Part shown: positions 21,649-33,835 of the stretch, in pieces | How positions within the stretch are numbered: position 1 is the stretch's first letter | Layout of the letters: each line of letters starts with the position of its first letter | DNA from: Sedimentisphaerales bacterium | Lineage (GTDB): Bacteria > Planctomycetota > Phycisphaerae > Sedimentisphaerales > SM23-30 | Length of the DNA stretch: 64,000 bases | NCBI GenBank assembly: GCA_963663805.2 | Contig: CAXXMR010000008.1 | Span: 226,691 to 290,690 of the forward strand | Reading direction: 5' to 3' | Made by a program: the position numbers and the translations under genes | Notes under the pieces: generated by a model | What the model saw: the letters and a program-made list of their open reading frames with translations, nothing else | Told to the model about the DNA's origin: nothing | Databases searched by the model: none

Positions 21649-21894
21649 CAACCATTACTGGGTTGTTTCTAAGCTAATCAAACATGGGTTGCAGTTGCAA
21701 TCTCATTATTGTGAGAGCCTCTGCTAATCATCCCATAATGACCTTGGCATTTCACTGACGATTTCCTGAATTAGGGATTCCGTAGCGTTTTCTTTTTCGG
21801 CATCACTAATTTCCTGGTTTACGTTAGGGTATGCCTGGTTTCTCAAAAAAGACTATTTTCCTGCTTAGGAAATTGCCAATATTCAGGAAAAACG

Positions 21895-23342
21895 CAATCC
21901 TGTTCGGCACATTTATTGCTTTAGGCTTTTGGCCTCCTGTATTTTTTTTAAAAAAACCCGAAATGTTAAGATAGGTAATTTGCGCTCGAGGGATATTTAT
22001 GCTCTAATAGGAGGCATGAGTGCTAAGCGTCAGAAAATCAAGGAGCGGGACCTGCGTGGGTTCAAGTATTTCAAGTCCCTCTCGGCTCTGCTGAAAGGTC
22101 TTCACTCGGCGGGATGTGAGCGGGACCGGGCCGGCAATCGCACATTATTCATGGACCAGTATGTCAGTCTGCTGCTGTTATACATGTTCAATCCGATCTG
22201 CAGTTCCATCCGGTCTTTGCAGCAGGCCGGCGAGCTCAAAAAGGTACAGCGGCTGTTGGGTTGTTCGCGTGCTTCGCTGGGTTCGCTTTCGGAAGCATCC
22301 CGGGTTTTTGAGAGTTCTTTGTTAGAGCCGATAATCGCTCAACTCACTGAGCAGTTAGGGCCGATATCTCAGGACAAAAAACTGGAAGTCGGTCAGGTCA
22401 TTACCCTGGTGGACGGCAGCAGTATTCAGGCTTTGCAAAAACTCACTCAGGCTGCCTGGGACACCGACAAACCCGGAATTAAAGCACACACTCAGTTTGA
22501 TCTGGAAAAATATGTGCCTCTGAAAATAAATATCAGTGAAGACAAGTCTGATGAGCGAAAGGTTTTTTTAGAGAATCTTCAGCCCGGCCGGATTTATGTC
22601 AATGATCGCGGATATGCCTGTTTTAAGCTGTTTCAGGCCATTGTGGATAGTAAAAGCTCTTTTGTCTGTCGGCTGCGTGAGGATACGGTTTACGAAACTA
22701 TTCAGGAAAAACCTTTAACTGAAGATGCTCGAAAAGCGGGGATAATTTTTGATCGTACGGTAATCGCCGGCAGCAGTGAAAAACTGCGGGAAGATTTCAA
22801 ACAACCGTTACGCCTGATAGCGGTTGAATGTCAACCGCATTTGAAACGGGGCCAGGGACCACGTCAGAGTGAGATGATTTTGATTGCCACCGACCGGCTG
22901 GACCTGGACGCCGAAGTCATTGCCCTGCTCTATCAGAAACGCTGGGCCATCGAAATATTTTTCCGCTTTTTTAAGCATGTGCTGGGCTGCCGACATCTGC
23001 TAAGCCTCTGCGAAAACGGTATCGAACTACAGATGTACGCCGCGATTATCGCCTGTATGCTGATCAGCCTGTGGACGGGCAAAAAACCAACTTTAAGAAC
23101 CTACGAAATGCTCTGCTGGCACCTCTGCGGCATGGCCGACGAGCAAGAAATGCAGAACCATATCAATAAACTCCAAAGCCAAAACTAAGGCCGATCCTCA
23201 AAAAAATCGCCGCTGCCGCTGATGCTGCGCCAAAATAACCAGTGCCGACAGTCCCACTGAGGGATAATCCCCGCTAAATCATATGAACTGCAAAGACCAC
23301 AGAAAAACTGTATTTGAGCAATAAATGTGCCGAACAGGATTG
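21895..23342 (+). mobile_element. IS4-family insertion sequence
   Basis: Perfect 26-bp IRs CAATCCTGTTCGGCACATTTATTGCT; 9-bp TSD GGAAAAACG at 21886-21894 and 23343-23351. Confidence 0.95.
22017..23188 (+). CDS. IS4-family DDE transposase
   Basis: GGAGG RBS before ATG 22017; LVDGS, NDRGY, YQKRWAIEIFFRFFK (YREK motif). Confidence 0.93.
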
Positions 23343-23431
23343 GGAAAAACGGGTATTTCAGTGCTTTTTTATTTAACGTCCTGCCAAATATGGACTAATG
23401 CTAATTATTGGCAATTCTGAAGTTTTCATAA

Positions 23432-23515
23432 ACGTGTCGATAAAATTAAGAAATGTAAATATATTTGGTTGATATGTCGATGGTATCGACATATAGTAAG
23501 GACGTGTCGATAAAA
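23432..23515. promoter_or_regulatory. Operator-like repeats upstream of fic
   Basis: ACGTGTCGATAAAA at 23432 and 23502 flank the perfect palindrome ATATGTCGAT-GGT-ATCGACATAT (23472-23494). Confidence 0.55.
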
Positions 23516-23549
23516 GCAGATTATTTAAACATATCCCAAGGATGGTATT

Positions 23550-24659
23550 ATGGCTTTTAATCCTGAACAACCTTATAATGACCTGCCTTTGCTTCCCCCT
23601 GATGTAGATTTTGAATCTGCTGAGATCCTGAAGAAGTGCATTTCTGCCAGGGTGGCGGTGGCGGAACTCAAGCAGGCTGGACATTTGATTCCGAATCAGT
23701 CGGTGCTCATCAATACTATCCCATTGTTGGAAGCTCAAATGAGTTCCGAGATTGAGAACATTGTCACAACCAGCGACAAACTTTTCCAATATGCTTCGAT
23801 TGAAGATTCCAAGGCGGATTCGGCAACTAAAGAAACGTTGCGATACCGTCAGGCTCTGGCTCAGGGTTATTTGTCAATTAGAGAAAGACCAGTCTGCACA
23901 AACATTGCGATAAAGATTTGTCAGACCATAAAAAATTCAGATGCCGGAATCCGGAAAGTACCTGGAACTACTTTGAAAAACCCTCAAACTGATAAAGTAG
24001 TTTATACTCCGCCTGAAGGAGAAAGTGTTATAAGAGATAAATTGGCAAACTGGGAACGATTTCTAAATGAGAATGTTGACGTTGATCCTTTGATTCGAAT
24101 GGCTGTGATGCATTATCAGTTTGAAGCGATCCACCCCTTTATTGATGGTAACGGCAGAACGGGCAGGCTTTTGAATATTCTGTTTCTTATCCAGGAGAAT
24201 CTGCTTGACATTCCGATTCTTTACCTGAGCAGATATATTATTAACAACAAAAACGATTATTATTCCAATCTGCGGAAAGTAACCGAAAATGGGGATTGGC
24301 AGAATTGGATTATTTATATGCTTGAAGCCGTTGAGCAAACTTCTCGATGGACTACCAGTAAAATATTCAGTGTACGTTCCTTGTTGAACCATACCTGTGA
24401 ATATGTACGCGAATCAGTTCCGAAGATTTATTCCAGGGAATTAATTGAAACTCTCTTTAGCCAACCTTATTGCAGAATATCCAATGTTGTAGAAACAGGG
24501 ATTGCTCAAAGACAAACGGCATCAACTTATTTAAAAAAACTTGCTGAGATTAATGTTCTCGAAGAACGGACGGTCGGCAGGGAACGTATTTATGTTCATC
24601 CGAAATTTCTAAATCTGCTGACCAAGGACGTAAATGAATTTGAACCATATAATCGATGA
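23550..24659 (+). CDS. fic: Fic-family adenylyltransferase with N-terminal inhibitory motif and C-terminal HTH
   Basis: HPFIDGNGRTGR; SSEIEN; RQTASTYLKKL. Confidence 0.92.
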   Translation: MAFNPEQPYNDLPLLPPDVDFESAEILKKCISARVAVAELKQAGHLIPNQSVLINTIPLLEAQMSSEIENIVTTSDKLFQYASIEDSKADSATKETLRYRQALAQGYLSIRERPVCTNIAIKICQTIKNSDAGIRKVPGTTLKNPQTDKVVYTPPEGESVIRDKLANWERFLNENVDVDPLIRMAVMHYQFEAIHPFIDGNGRTGRLLNILFLIQENLLDIPILYLSRYIINNKNDYYSNLRKVTENGDWQNWIIYMLEAVEQTSRWTTSKIFSVRSLLNHTCEYVRESVPKIYSRELIETLFSQPYCRISNVVETGIAQRQTASTYLKKLAEINVLEERTVGRERIYVHPKFLNLLTKDVNEFEPYNR

Positions 24660-24882
24660 CTTTCCGCCTTCAAAAACAAATTTACAAAGGCAGTGTCCAC
24701 ATTGTATCTAATTGCTTACCTGCAAAAAAAGGTAAAAGCAGTATCCCTTACCTTGCTGCTCGCTGTTTTACTGTGAAAAAAATGTGAAAATCTACTCCGA
24801 GCTATGGTTTTTTATGGTATTTTCTGGGGTAGTTACCCCCTCTGGTGCTATTAAAAAGCGGGTTTGAGGGGTTGGGGCTCTG

Positions 24883-24925
24883 TTGTGGTCCTGGGGGTCG
24901 CGGGTTCGAGTCCCGTCTCCCACCC
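24883..24925 (+). other. 3' half of tRNA-His (att-site core)
   Basis: TTGTGGT anticodon loop, CCTGG, T-arm GCGGGTTCGAGTCCCGT, acceptor strand CTCCCAC-C; no 5' half upstream. Confidence 0.8.
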
Positions 24926-25196
24926 TTATTTAATCCCATGTATAGCAATAGCTTATATGGGTTTTTCTTTAGGCTGGGCCTGCCCAATTACCCTCAGATG
25001 TGAAAATTACTGTGAAAATATCTGCTCACTTTTAATCCGGTAAATCCAGATTTGCATAGTGAAACCCTTTTTTGTAGTGTGTCTGTAAAGAGTGCTCAAA
25101 TATAGGGTTGCGAAAGATGGCATCATTAAAATACCACAAGGACGTAAAGAGATGGCGAGTTTTCTGGCATGTCACCTTGATAGAGGAATACGTAGA

Positions 25197-26282
25197 TTAG
25201 ATTGACTTTTTGAATTTTACGTTGACGAGGATTTTTCGGCAGAAGTTTTGGTATTGCTGTTCGATTTCTTCGGGGTTGGTTGCGATGTAGGTTTGGAAGA
25301 TAAGGTTTCCGGTTTCGGCGTTCCAGGCTCGGGTGGGGTTTTGGTTTCTGTTGACGGCCTGGCTGTGGAGGTGCTGGGGCAGGGGCCATCGGCCTGCGTA
25401 GGCATCTTCGAGTAGGGTTTGGAGTTTTGGTGCGTATCGGCCATACTGGTATTCGCGGAGGAATCTCATGAAGGCGTAGACCTGGGCGTAATATGCTTTT
25501 ACGGTTTGCTGGTCGGGGTCTTCGCTGGCACGGGCGACGACGTGGCCGGCATCGAGGTTGATGAGGTCGGCCAAGGGTATCATGGTGTTTGTGGCGAGGG
25601 TTTGGCGGAGGCTGAAGAGTCTGGAGGCGTTACGCTGAGGGGTGAACTGGACTTTGCCGTTTTGAGTGTATGCTTCAAAGTTGGTGGCAAGTCCTTCGTC
25701 GAGCCAAGCGGGCAGGCGGTACTGAAAAATCTGGTCGGCGAACTGATGCCAGGCTTCGTGTACGAGAACGGAGAAGTCGGCCAGGCGGGCGAGGTGGTAG
25801 GCGACGCAGGCGCCTCTGTAGTAATAGGCTCCGGCTTTTATTTTTAGATAGATGTCGGATTGGGGGCCTGTCCAGTAGGTGGTAAAATCTTCCCACTGGG
25901 CGCGGGTTTCAAAAAAGTAGACGACGAGTCTTTTGTCGGTTTGGAGTTTTTGTGAGACGGTTTGGGCGTAGGCATTAAAGGCGGATTCGAGGAAGACGGG
26001 TATTTGGCGGAGAATAAGAGCGTCCTGCAGGGTGGTGTAGATGTCGTAATGGGCGGTCTGGACGAGGTGAGCGGGGGTTGACTTGTCGGTAATAAAATCG
26101 GGGACGGCCCAGGGTTTGACGGCTTTGACGGTGGGCAGGCGGAGGAGGTAAGTGTCGAGGCCGTTCTGGAAAGAGTGGTTATTGTTGCAGGGGGGGTGGG
26201 AGCAGCCGAGGCAAGTTAATATTATGATAAGCAGGGATAAGGATGCGATTTTATGGGAGGCGATGAAGTAGTGGCTTGGCAT
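25197..26282 (-). CDS. Putative lipoprotein zinc metallopeptidase (DUF1570/peptidase MA-like)
   Basis: Lipobox CLGC; HEAWH...PAWLDEGLA. Confidence 0.7.
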   Translation of the reverse strand: MPSHYFIASHKIASLSLLIIILTCLGCSHPPCNNNHSFQNGLDTYLLRLPTVKAVKPWAVPDFITDKSTPAHLVQTAHYDIYTTLQDALILRQIPVFLESAFNAYAQTVSQKLQTDKRLVVYFFETRAQWEDFTTYWTGPQSDIYLKIKAGAYYYRGACVAYHLARLADFSVLVHEAWHQFADQIFQYRLPAWLDEGLATNFEAYTQNGKVQFTPQRNASRLFSLRQTLATNTMIPLADLINLDAGHVVARASEDPDQQTVKAYYAQVYAFMRFLREYQYGRYAPKLQTLLEDAYAGRWPLPQHLHSQAVNRNQNPTRAWNAETGNLIFQTYIATNPEEIEQQYQNFCRKILVNVKFKKSI

Positions 26283-26294
26283 ATTATGTCCCTA

Positions 26295-27437
26295 TTATTT
26301 CTTTTCGGCGGCTGAGGTTATATCTATCATACGCTGGAGGGCGAGCCGGGCGGGATGTTTGATATTATTGGGGACATCTATGGTGTTTGGCAGGGGGTTT
26401 TCGTTGGGGTTGTCGAGGTGGGTGGCGAGTGAGTCGAGCAGCCAGGCTAGATGACGGGGGTCTATGCGATACATGGTTTCGCAGAGGCAGGGAGTGTTGC
26501 TGAGTGAGCGGACTTTGATGTTTTGTTTTTTCATTTTTTCGGCGAGGCGATTGACGAGGTTGATTTCGGTGCCGACGGCCCAGGTACTGCTGGCGGGAGC
26601 ATTGGTGATGGTTTTAATGATGAGGGCGGTGCTGCCGATGTAATCGGCTTTTTGGGCGACTTCGAAGGGGCATTCGGGGTGGACAATTATATTTACGGCG
26701 GGGTCATCTTTACGGGCTTTTTCGATTTGTTGGGTGGTGAATTCCTGGTGTACGGAGCAGAATCCTTTCCAGAGGATGACGCGTGCGTGGGTGATTTGTG
26801 AGGAATTAAGACCGCCATTTTTCTGATAGGGGTCCCAGATGGGCATTTGTTCGAGGGGTACGCCCATATTGAAGGCTGTGTTGCGTCCTAGATGCTGGTC
26901 GGGGAGGAAAAGTATTAGGGCTTGGGGGTTGTGGTCCCAGATGTGTTCGAAGATGGGTCGGCAGTTACTGCTGGTTACGCAGATACCGTTTTTTTGGCCG
27001 CAAAAGGCTTTAATTGCGGCTGTGCTGTTGACGTAAGTGGCTGGGACGAGGTTGTTTGGATGATCCATCTGGGATTTTAGGGCGTCCCAACAGGTTGTTA
27101 CCTGGTCGATTTCGGCCATATCGGCCATTGAACAGCCGGCAGTAAGGTCGGGCAGGATGACTTTTTGATGGTCGGCGGTAAGGATGTCGGCGGATTCGGC
27201 CATGAAATGTACTCCGCAGAATACTATAAACTCGGCTTTTTGCTGTCGGGCGGCGATTTTGCTGAGTTCGAGGCTGTCTCCGGCGTGGTGAGCGTGTTTT
27301 ACGACGTTGTCACGTTGGTAGTGATGGCCTAGAATTACCATGCGTTCGGCGAGTCGGTCTTTAACAGCACTGATAATCTGGTCGGCCTGAATATCGGTAA
27401 GTTCTTGGTATTTTTGAGGTAACGGTGGCTGATACAT
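26295..27437 (-). CDS. nadA: Quinolinate synthase
   Basis: ILGHHYQ, FCGVHFMAES, AGCSMADMA, GFCSVH, VHPEC, CLCETM. Confidence 0.95.
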   Translation of the reverse strand: MYQPPLPQKYQELTDIQADQIISAVKDRLAERMVILGHHYQRDNVVKHAHHAGDSLELSKIAARQQKAEFIVFCGVHFMAESADILTADHQKVILPDLTAGCSMADMAEIDQVTTCWDALKSQMDHPNNLVPATYVNSTAAIKAFCGQKNGICVTSSNCRPIFEHIWDHNPQALILFLPDQHLGRNTAFNMGVPLEQMPIWDPYQKNGGLNSSQITHARVILWKGFCSVHQEFTTQQIEKARKDDPAVNIIVHPECPFEVAQKADYIGSTALIIKTITNAPASSTWAVGTEINLVNRLAEKMKKQNIKVRSLSNTPCLCETMYRIDPRHLAWLLDSLATHLDNPNENPLPNTIDVPNNIKHPARLALQRMIDITSAAEKK

Positions 27438-27723
27438 GGTTAAATTTTAAATCCTAAGCACTAAGTTCTAAATCCTAAACAATTTAAACTCAAAAAATAA
27501 AACTATAAACAACGTCAACGACGAGGTTTGGCCTTCGGCGGGGTTGTTTAATCATCCGGTCGCTTGCGCGGTTCGGCTTTTGCGTTGTTAATTTTTGTGC
27601 TTTCTTATGTTACGGGGATTAAGTTGCTAAGTCAATAGATGGCGGTTTCAGAGTTTTTAGGGGGATTATTATAGGCCCTAACGGGTTTTTAATGGAAATT
27701 TAGGAAAAATTTAGAAAAGGGGG

Positions 27724-27892
27724 TTGACGAAAAATCAAGAGTGGCTATTATTCTCAAACCGCCAGCGAAAGCGGCGGCGAGAATCCGGGAAACCGGCAGA
27801 GCAGTCCTGATAAGGGTTGTTTGGGTCGACGAAAAAAAGTTTTAGAAAAAACATTTTTTTCTGTTGACGCCTCAGAATGGGTGAGTTAAAGT
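27724..27892 (+). promoter_or_regulatory. Tandem rRNA-type promoters P1/P2
   Basis: TTGACG-N16-TATTAT (27724-27751) and TTGACG-N17-TAAAGT (27864-27892), each preceded by A/T tracts. Confidence 0.65.
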
Positions 27893-27993
27893 AATTGGCT
27901 CACCACAGCGGTGTCCGGGAAATTGAAACCCTGGGTTGCTGTGACGAAGATCGCCGGGCTGAGTCCTGGCGAGCCAGAAGCGGAAAGCTTCAA

Positions 27994-28066
27994 GGGCTCA
28001 TAGCTCAGCTGGTAGAGCACGCCGCTGATAACGGCGAGGTCGATGGTTCAAGTCCATCTGGGCCCA
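27994..28066 (+). tRNA. tRNA-Ile(GAT)
   Basis: GGGCTCATAGCTCAGCTGGTAGAGCACGCCG-CTGATAA-CGGCG...GGTTCAAGTCC..GGGCCCA. Confidence 0.95.
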
Positions 28067-28125
28067 GTATTTTGGGTTGCCGTTTTAATGGTGACTTGAG
28101 AGAGCTGGACAGAAAGGACGCCGGA

Positions 28126-28248
28126 ATGATAGAGCCGAGCATGTTGGCAATGAGCGGGAAAGTGCTTATTCGCTTTATGGGCTTTATAGTTTTGGGCGTA
28201 GCGATTCTGGCCTGGTTCATTGGCTGGGCGAAGGATAAGCTTCGCTAA
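28126..28248 (+). CDS. Putative 40-aa single-TM protein between the two tRNAs
   Basis: GAAAGGA RBS; MIEPSMLAMSGKVLIRFMGFIVLGVAILAWFIGWAKDKLR. Confidence 0.5.
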   Translation: MIEPSMLAMSGKVLIRFMGFIVLGVAILAWFIGWAKDKLR

Positions 28249-28268
28249 GAAGCTAACCGAGATAACTC

Positions 28269-28341
28269 GGGGCCGTAGCTCAGCTGGGAGAGCGCCTGGT
28301 TTGCAACCAGGAAGTCGTCGGTTCGATCCCGATCGGCTCCA
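28269..28341 (+). tRNA. tRNA-Ala(TGC)
   Basis: GGGGCCGTAGCTCAGCTGGGAGAGCGCCTGG-TTTGCAA-CCAGG...GGTTCGATCCC..GGCTCCA. Confidence 0.95.
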
Positions 28342-28429
28342 TTGGCTTTAGAGTCGGGACCGGTAACCTTGTTATGAGGTTTTCAGTCCGGGTTTTAAAG
28401 CCCGAGCGTTGGAACATTGGTTCTGACAG

Positions 28430-28449
28430 GCTCTTTGACAATTGAATAG
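28430..28449 (+). promoter_or_regulatory. boxA antitermination element upstream of 23S
   Basis: GCTCTTTGACAATTGAATAG at the usual spacer position. Confidence 0.8.
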
Positions 28450-28562
28450 TGAGGTTTAGTGGTAATCTCGAAAACTACTATAACCGAATCTGACTAAAAA
28501 GTTAGGTTTTGTAAATGAATCTTTACTCAACGGTCTTGACGATATCAGACAAAAAATGATGT

Positions 28563-31464
<2,902 letters not shown>

Positions 31465-31590
31465 ATATCATTTTTTGCCTGATTATAAAGGCCGTTTGAT
31501 AAGGTTCATTAGTTTAGAGAAAAACCCTAACCTCATTGTTCAATTAAATTTAATAAGATGGACACCGGCTGAAAAGCCGTCCAACGATAT

Positions 31591-31699
31591 TGTTGGTGGT
31601 CATAGTGAGCGTGAAACGCCTGTTCCCATCCCGAACACAGAAGCTAAGGCGCTCATGCCGATGGTAGTGCGTAGGTGCGAGAGTAGGTCACTGCCAACA
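31591..31699 (+). rRNA. rrf: 5S rRNA (short form)
   Basis: TGTTGGTGG...CCCATCCCGAACACAGAAGCTAAG...GAGAGTAGGTCACTGCCAACA. Confidence 0.93.
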
Positions 31700-31705
31700 T
31701 TTATG

Positions 31706-31741
31706 GAAACCCCGAGGGCGAAAGTCCCGGGGTTTTCTTTT
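31706..31741 (+). terminator. Rho-independent terminator after 5S
   Basis: GAAACCCCG...CGGGGTTTT hairpin followed by T-run. Confidence 0.75.
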
Positions 31742-31995
31742 GCGCGTCTGGGGCAGGTGGGGGATAATAATTTAATAAATCTTGTTTTCTGTTTGCCCGG
31801 GCTCGTTGGGGGCCGGGGCGGGTTGTTTCGATGAGCGGTTTTGGTTCTTTTCTGGTTCCTTCTTCATTGATGTCGGTCCGCTAAATGTTCCGATAAGTCT
31901 GACCGGGGGCAAAGCTGATCGGCAAAGGGATATTGTCAACCTGAACCGGGGTTTTGCGGATTTACATTGAAATGATGCAGACTTGCAATGGAACA

Positions 31996-32310
31996 AAGTC
32001 AATTCACTTAGAAGCCAAGTCAATCTACTTAGGGGCTAAGTCAATCTACTTAGAGGCAAAGCCAATTTACTTAGGAGCTAAGTCAATCTACTTTGGAGCA
32101 AAGTCAATTTACTTAGGGGCTAAGTCAATCTACTTAGAGGCAAAGCCAATTTACTTAGGAGCTAAGTCAATCTACTTTGGAGTAAAGTCAATTCACTTAG
32201 GAGTAAAGTCAATTTACTTGGGAGTAAAGTCAATCTACTTAAGAGCAAAGTCAATTTACTTGGGAGCAAAGTCAATCTACTTAAGAGCAAAGTCAATTCA
32301 CTTGGGAGCA
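31996..32310. repeat. 15 x 21-bp tandem array
   Basis: Consensus AAGTCAATYTACTTAGGAGCA at exact 21-bp period, no spacers. Confidence 0.95.
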
Positions 32311-32831
32311 AAGCAGATTGGAGTTATCGGTCAGCATGTCGATTTCAGTGTCCGCAGGGCTGATTTTATGAGACTTGCAGTCAGAAATCAGACATCAGCG
32401 GTCAGATGTCAGTTATAAGACTCTAAATATGCCTTATTCGTCAACTTCTTGGTACTGCTGAGGGCTGAACTCTGAATTCTGAAAACTGATTTAGCCGCGG
32501 ATTACACGGATTACGCGGATTTTTAACGGCAACTGCTAAGAGAGTTAAGCACCACGAAGGACACGAAAAACGGCATCAAAAACCTGATTTGAATTTTTGC
32601 TTCGCGACTTCGCGTTAAAAAGAATTAAATCTTCAACGCAAAGTCGCCAAGAGGCAGAGGATTTAACGGCCACTAATAACGGCGAAGATTTTTGACAGAA
32701 AGACCTGAGCTTTCTTTTGCCGATTTCTGATTCAGATATGTCAATCTGATTACCAGCGACCGATTTACCTTATTCAATTGTTAAAGAGCATTGCATTAAT
32801 CGGGCATGTTAACTATCCCGTGTTTTCATGC

Positions 32832-33527
32832 CTATATAATCATCTTTGATTGAGGATTGGGACCTTCGGATAAATCATATTGTTTTACAAAGTAATAATT
32901 AGGGTCGATATGATCTTTTAATATATTAAAAACAGGTTCTGTGAAAATTGTTTCCCATTTTCTAAAAATTGGATATTCGTCCAAAAGTTCTTTAGAGAAG
33001 CCGAGCTCACTCATTTCTTCATCATCAAAATAGTCAATCGATAGTTTGCAGGTGTTAAGATTTTTGAACTCATCAGCAAAATCTCGATAGCGGGCAATTA
33101 CCATTTCATAATAATCGCCGATTTGATCCTTGAGTTTTTTATTGTGGCGTTGCTTCTTGATGAATTTCTCAGGAGTTTTAAAGCCTTTGATATCGTAAAA
33201 AGAAAAGTCATTTGGTGCATAAGGAAATTCAAAAAGCTTAACGAATTCAACTTTAACAAATTCTATATGAGGGAAAGTGCTTAATTTTTCGCGTAGTTGT
33301 TCCGAAACCACAAGCGAGAGATCTGGACTAAAAAGCTTCGGCATCTTATAGACATTCTTTATTATTTTCATGGGAGATTTTATTTCTTCACCAAGATGAT
33401 AATCTGGCTTCAATAGGCCATCCACATATCGGATATTTTCGCCATGGAACATTTCACCTTGAAATGTATGTATAGTAGGATTGTCTAAATACCCTGCAAG
33501 TTTGTTGCCAATTATATAAATTTTCAT
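32832..33527 (-). CDS. Putative immunity protein (AT-rich, weakly Imm11-like)
   Basis: ATG overlaps the TGA of an upstream headless reading frame; LVVSEQLREKL motif; position in the toxin array. Confidence 0.55.
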   Translation of the reverse strand: MKIYIIGNKLAGYLDNPTIHTFQGEMFHGENIRYVDGLLKPDYHLGEEIKSPMKIIKNVYKMPKLFSPDLSLVVSEQLREKLSTFPHIEFVKVEFVKLFEFPYAPNDFSFYDIKGFKTPEKFIKKQRHNKKLKDQIGDYYEMVIARYRDFADEFKNLNTCKLSIDYFDDEEMSELGFSKELLDEYPIFRKWETIFTEPVFNILKDHIDPNYYFVKQYDLSEGPNPQSKMII

Positions 33528-33712
33528 CTATTCGACCTTCTTCGTTGAGCTTCAATCGGATTAAAAAAGTCTAGGTAATATGTATGTCTATCGAATCCCC
33601 AGTTGATAGCATTAGAATCATTGGTTGAGCCCATGACTGTTTCCATAAATACATCTTGTTCTTTATAATAATTATACATATGCGCCTGGACTACATCTGT
33701 AGTTACATCTCT
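33524..33712 (-). pseudogene. Headless C-terminal remnant, probably a toxin tip
   Basis: Open frame RDVTTDVVQAHMYNYYKEQDVFMETVMGSTNDSNAINWGFDRHTYYLDFFNPIEAQRRRSNR*, coupled by ATGA to the next gene. Confidence 0.5.
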
Positions 33713-33835
33713 TAGGAAATTAAGAAACTATGAAAGCCAGATGCTCCGGGACGAATTATGTTATAATCGTCCCGGCGTGGTTGCCGCTGGGGCACCACAA
33801 CTTTATTCTTCACAAGGATTAAGGAGCATCTGACC

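Noticed and set aside
24841..24925. Functional tRNA-His
   Set aside because: D-arm and 5' acceptor strand are missing
31996..32310. CRISPR array
   Set aside because: Units are contiguous with no unique spacers, and there are no cas genes
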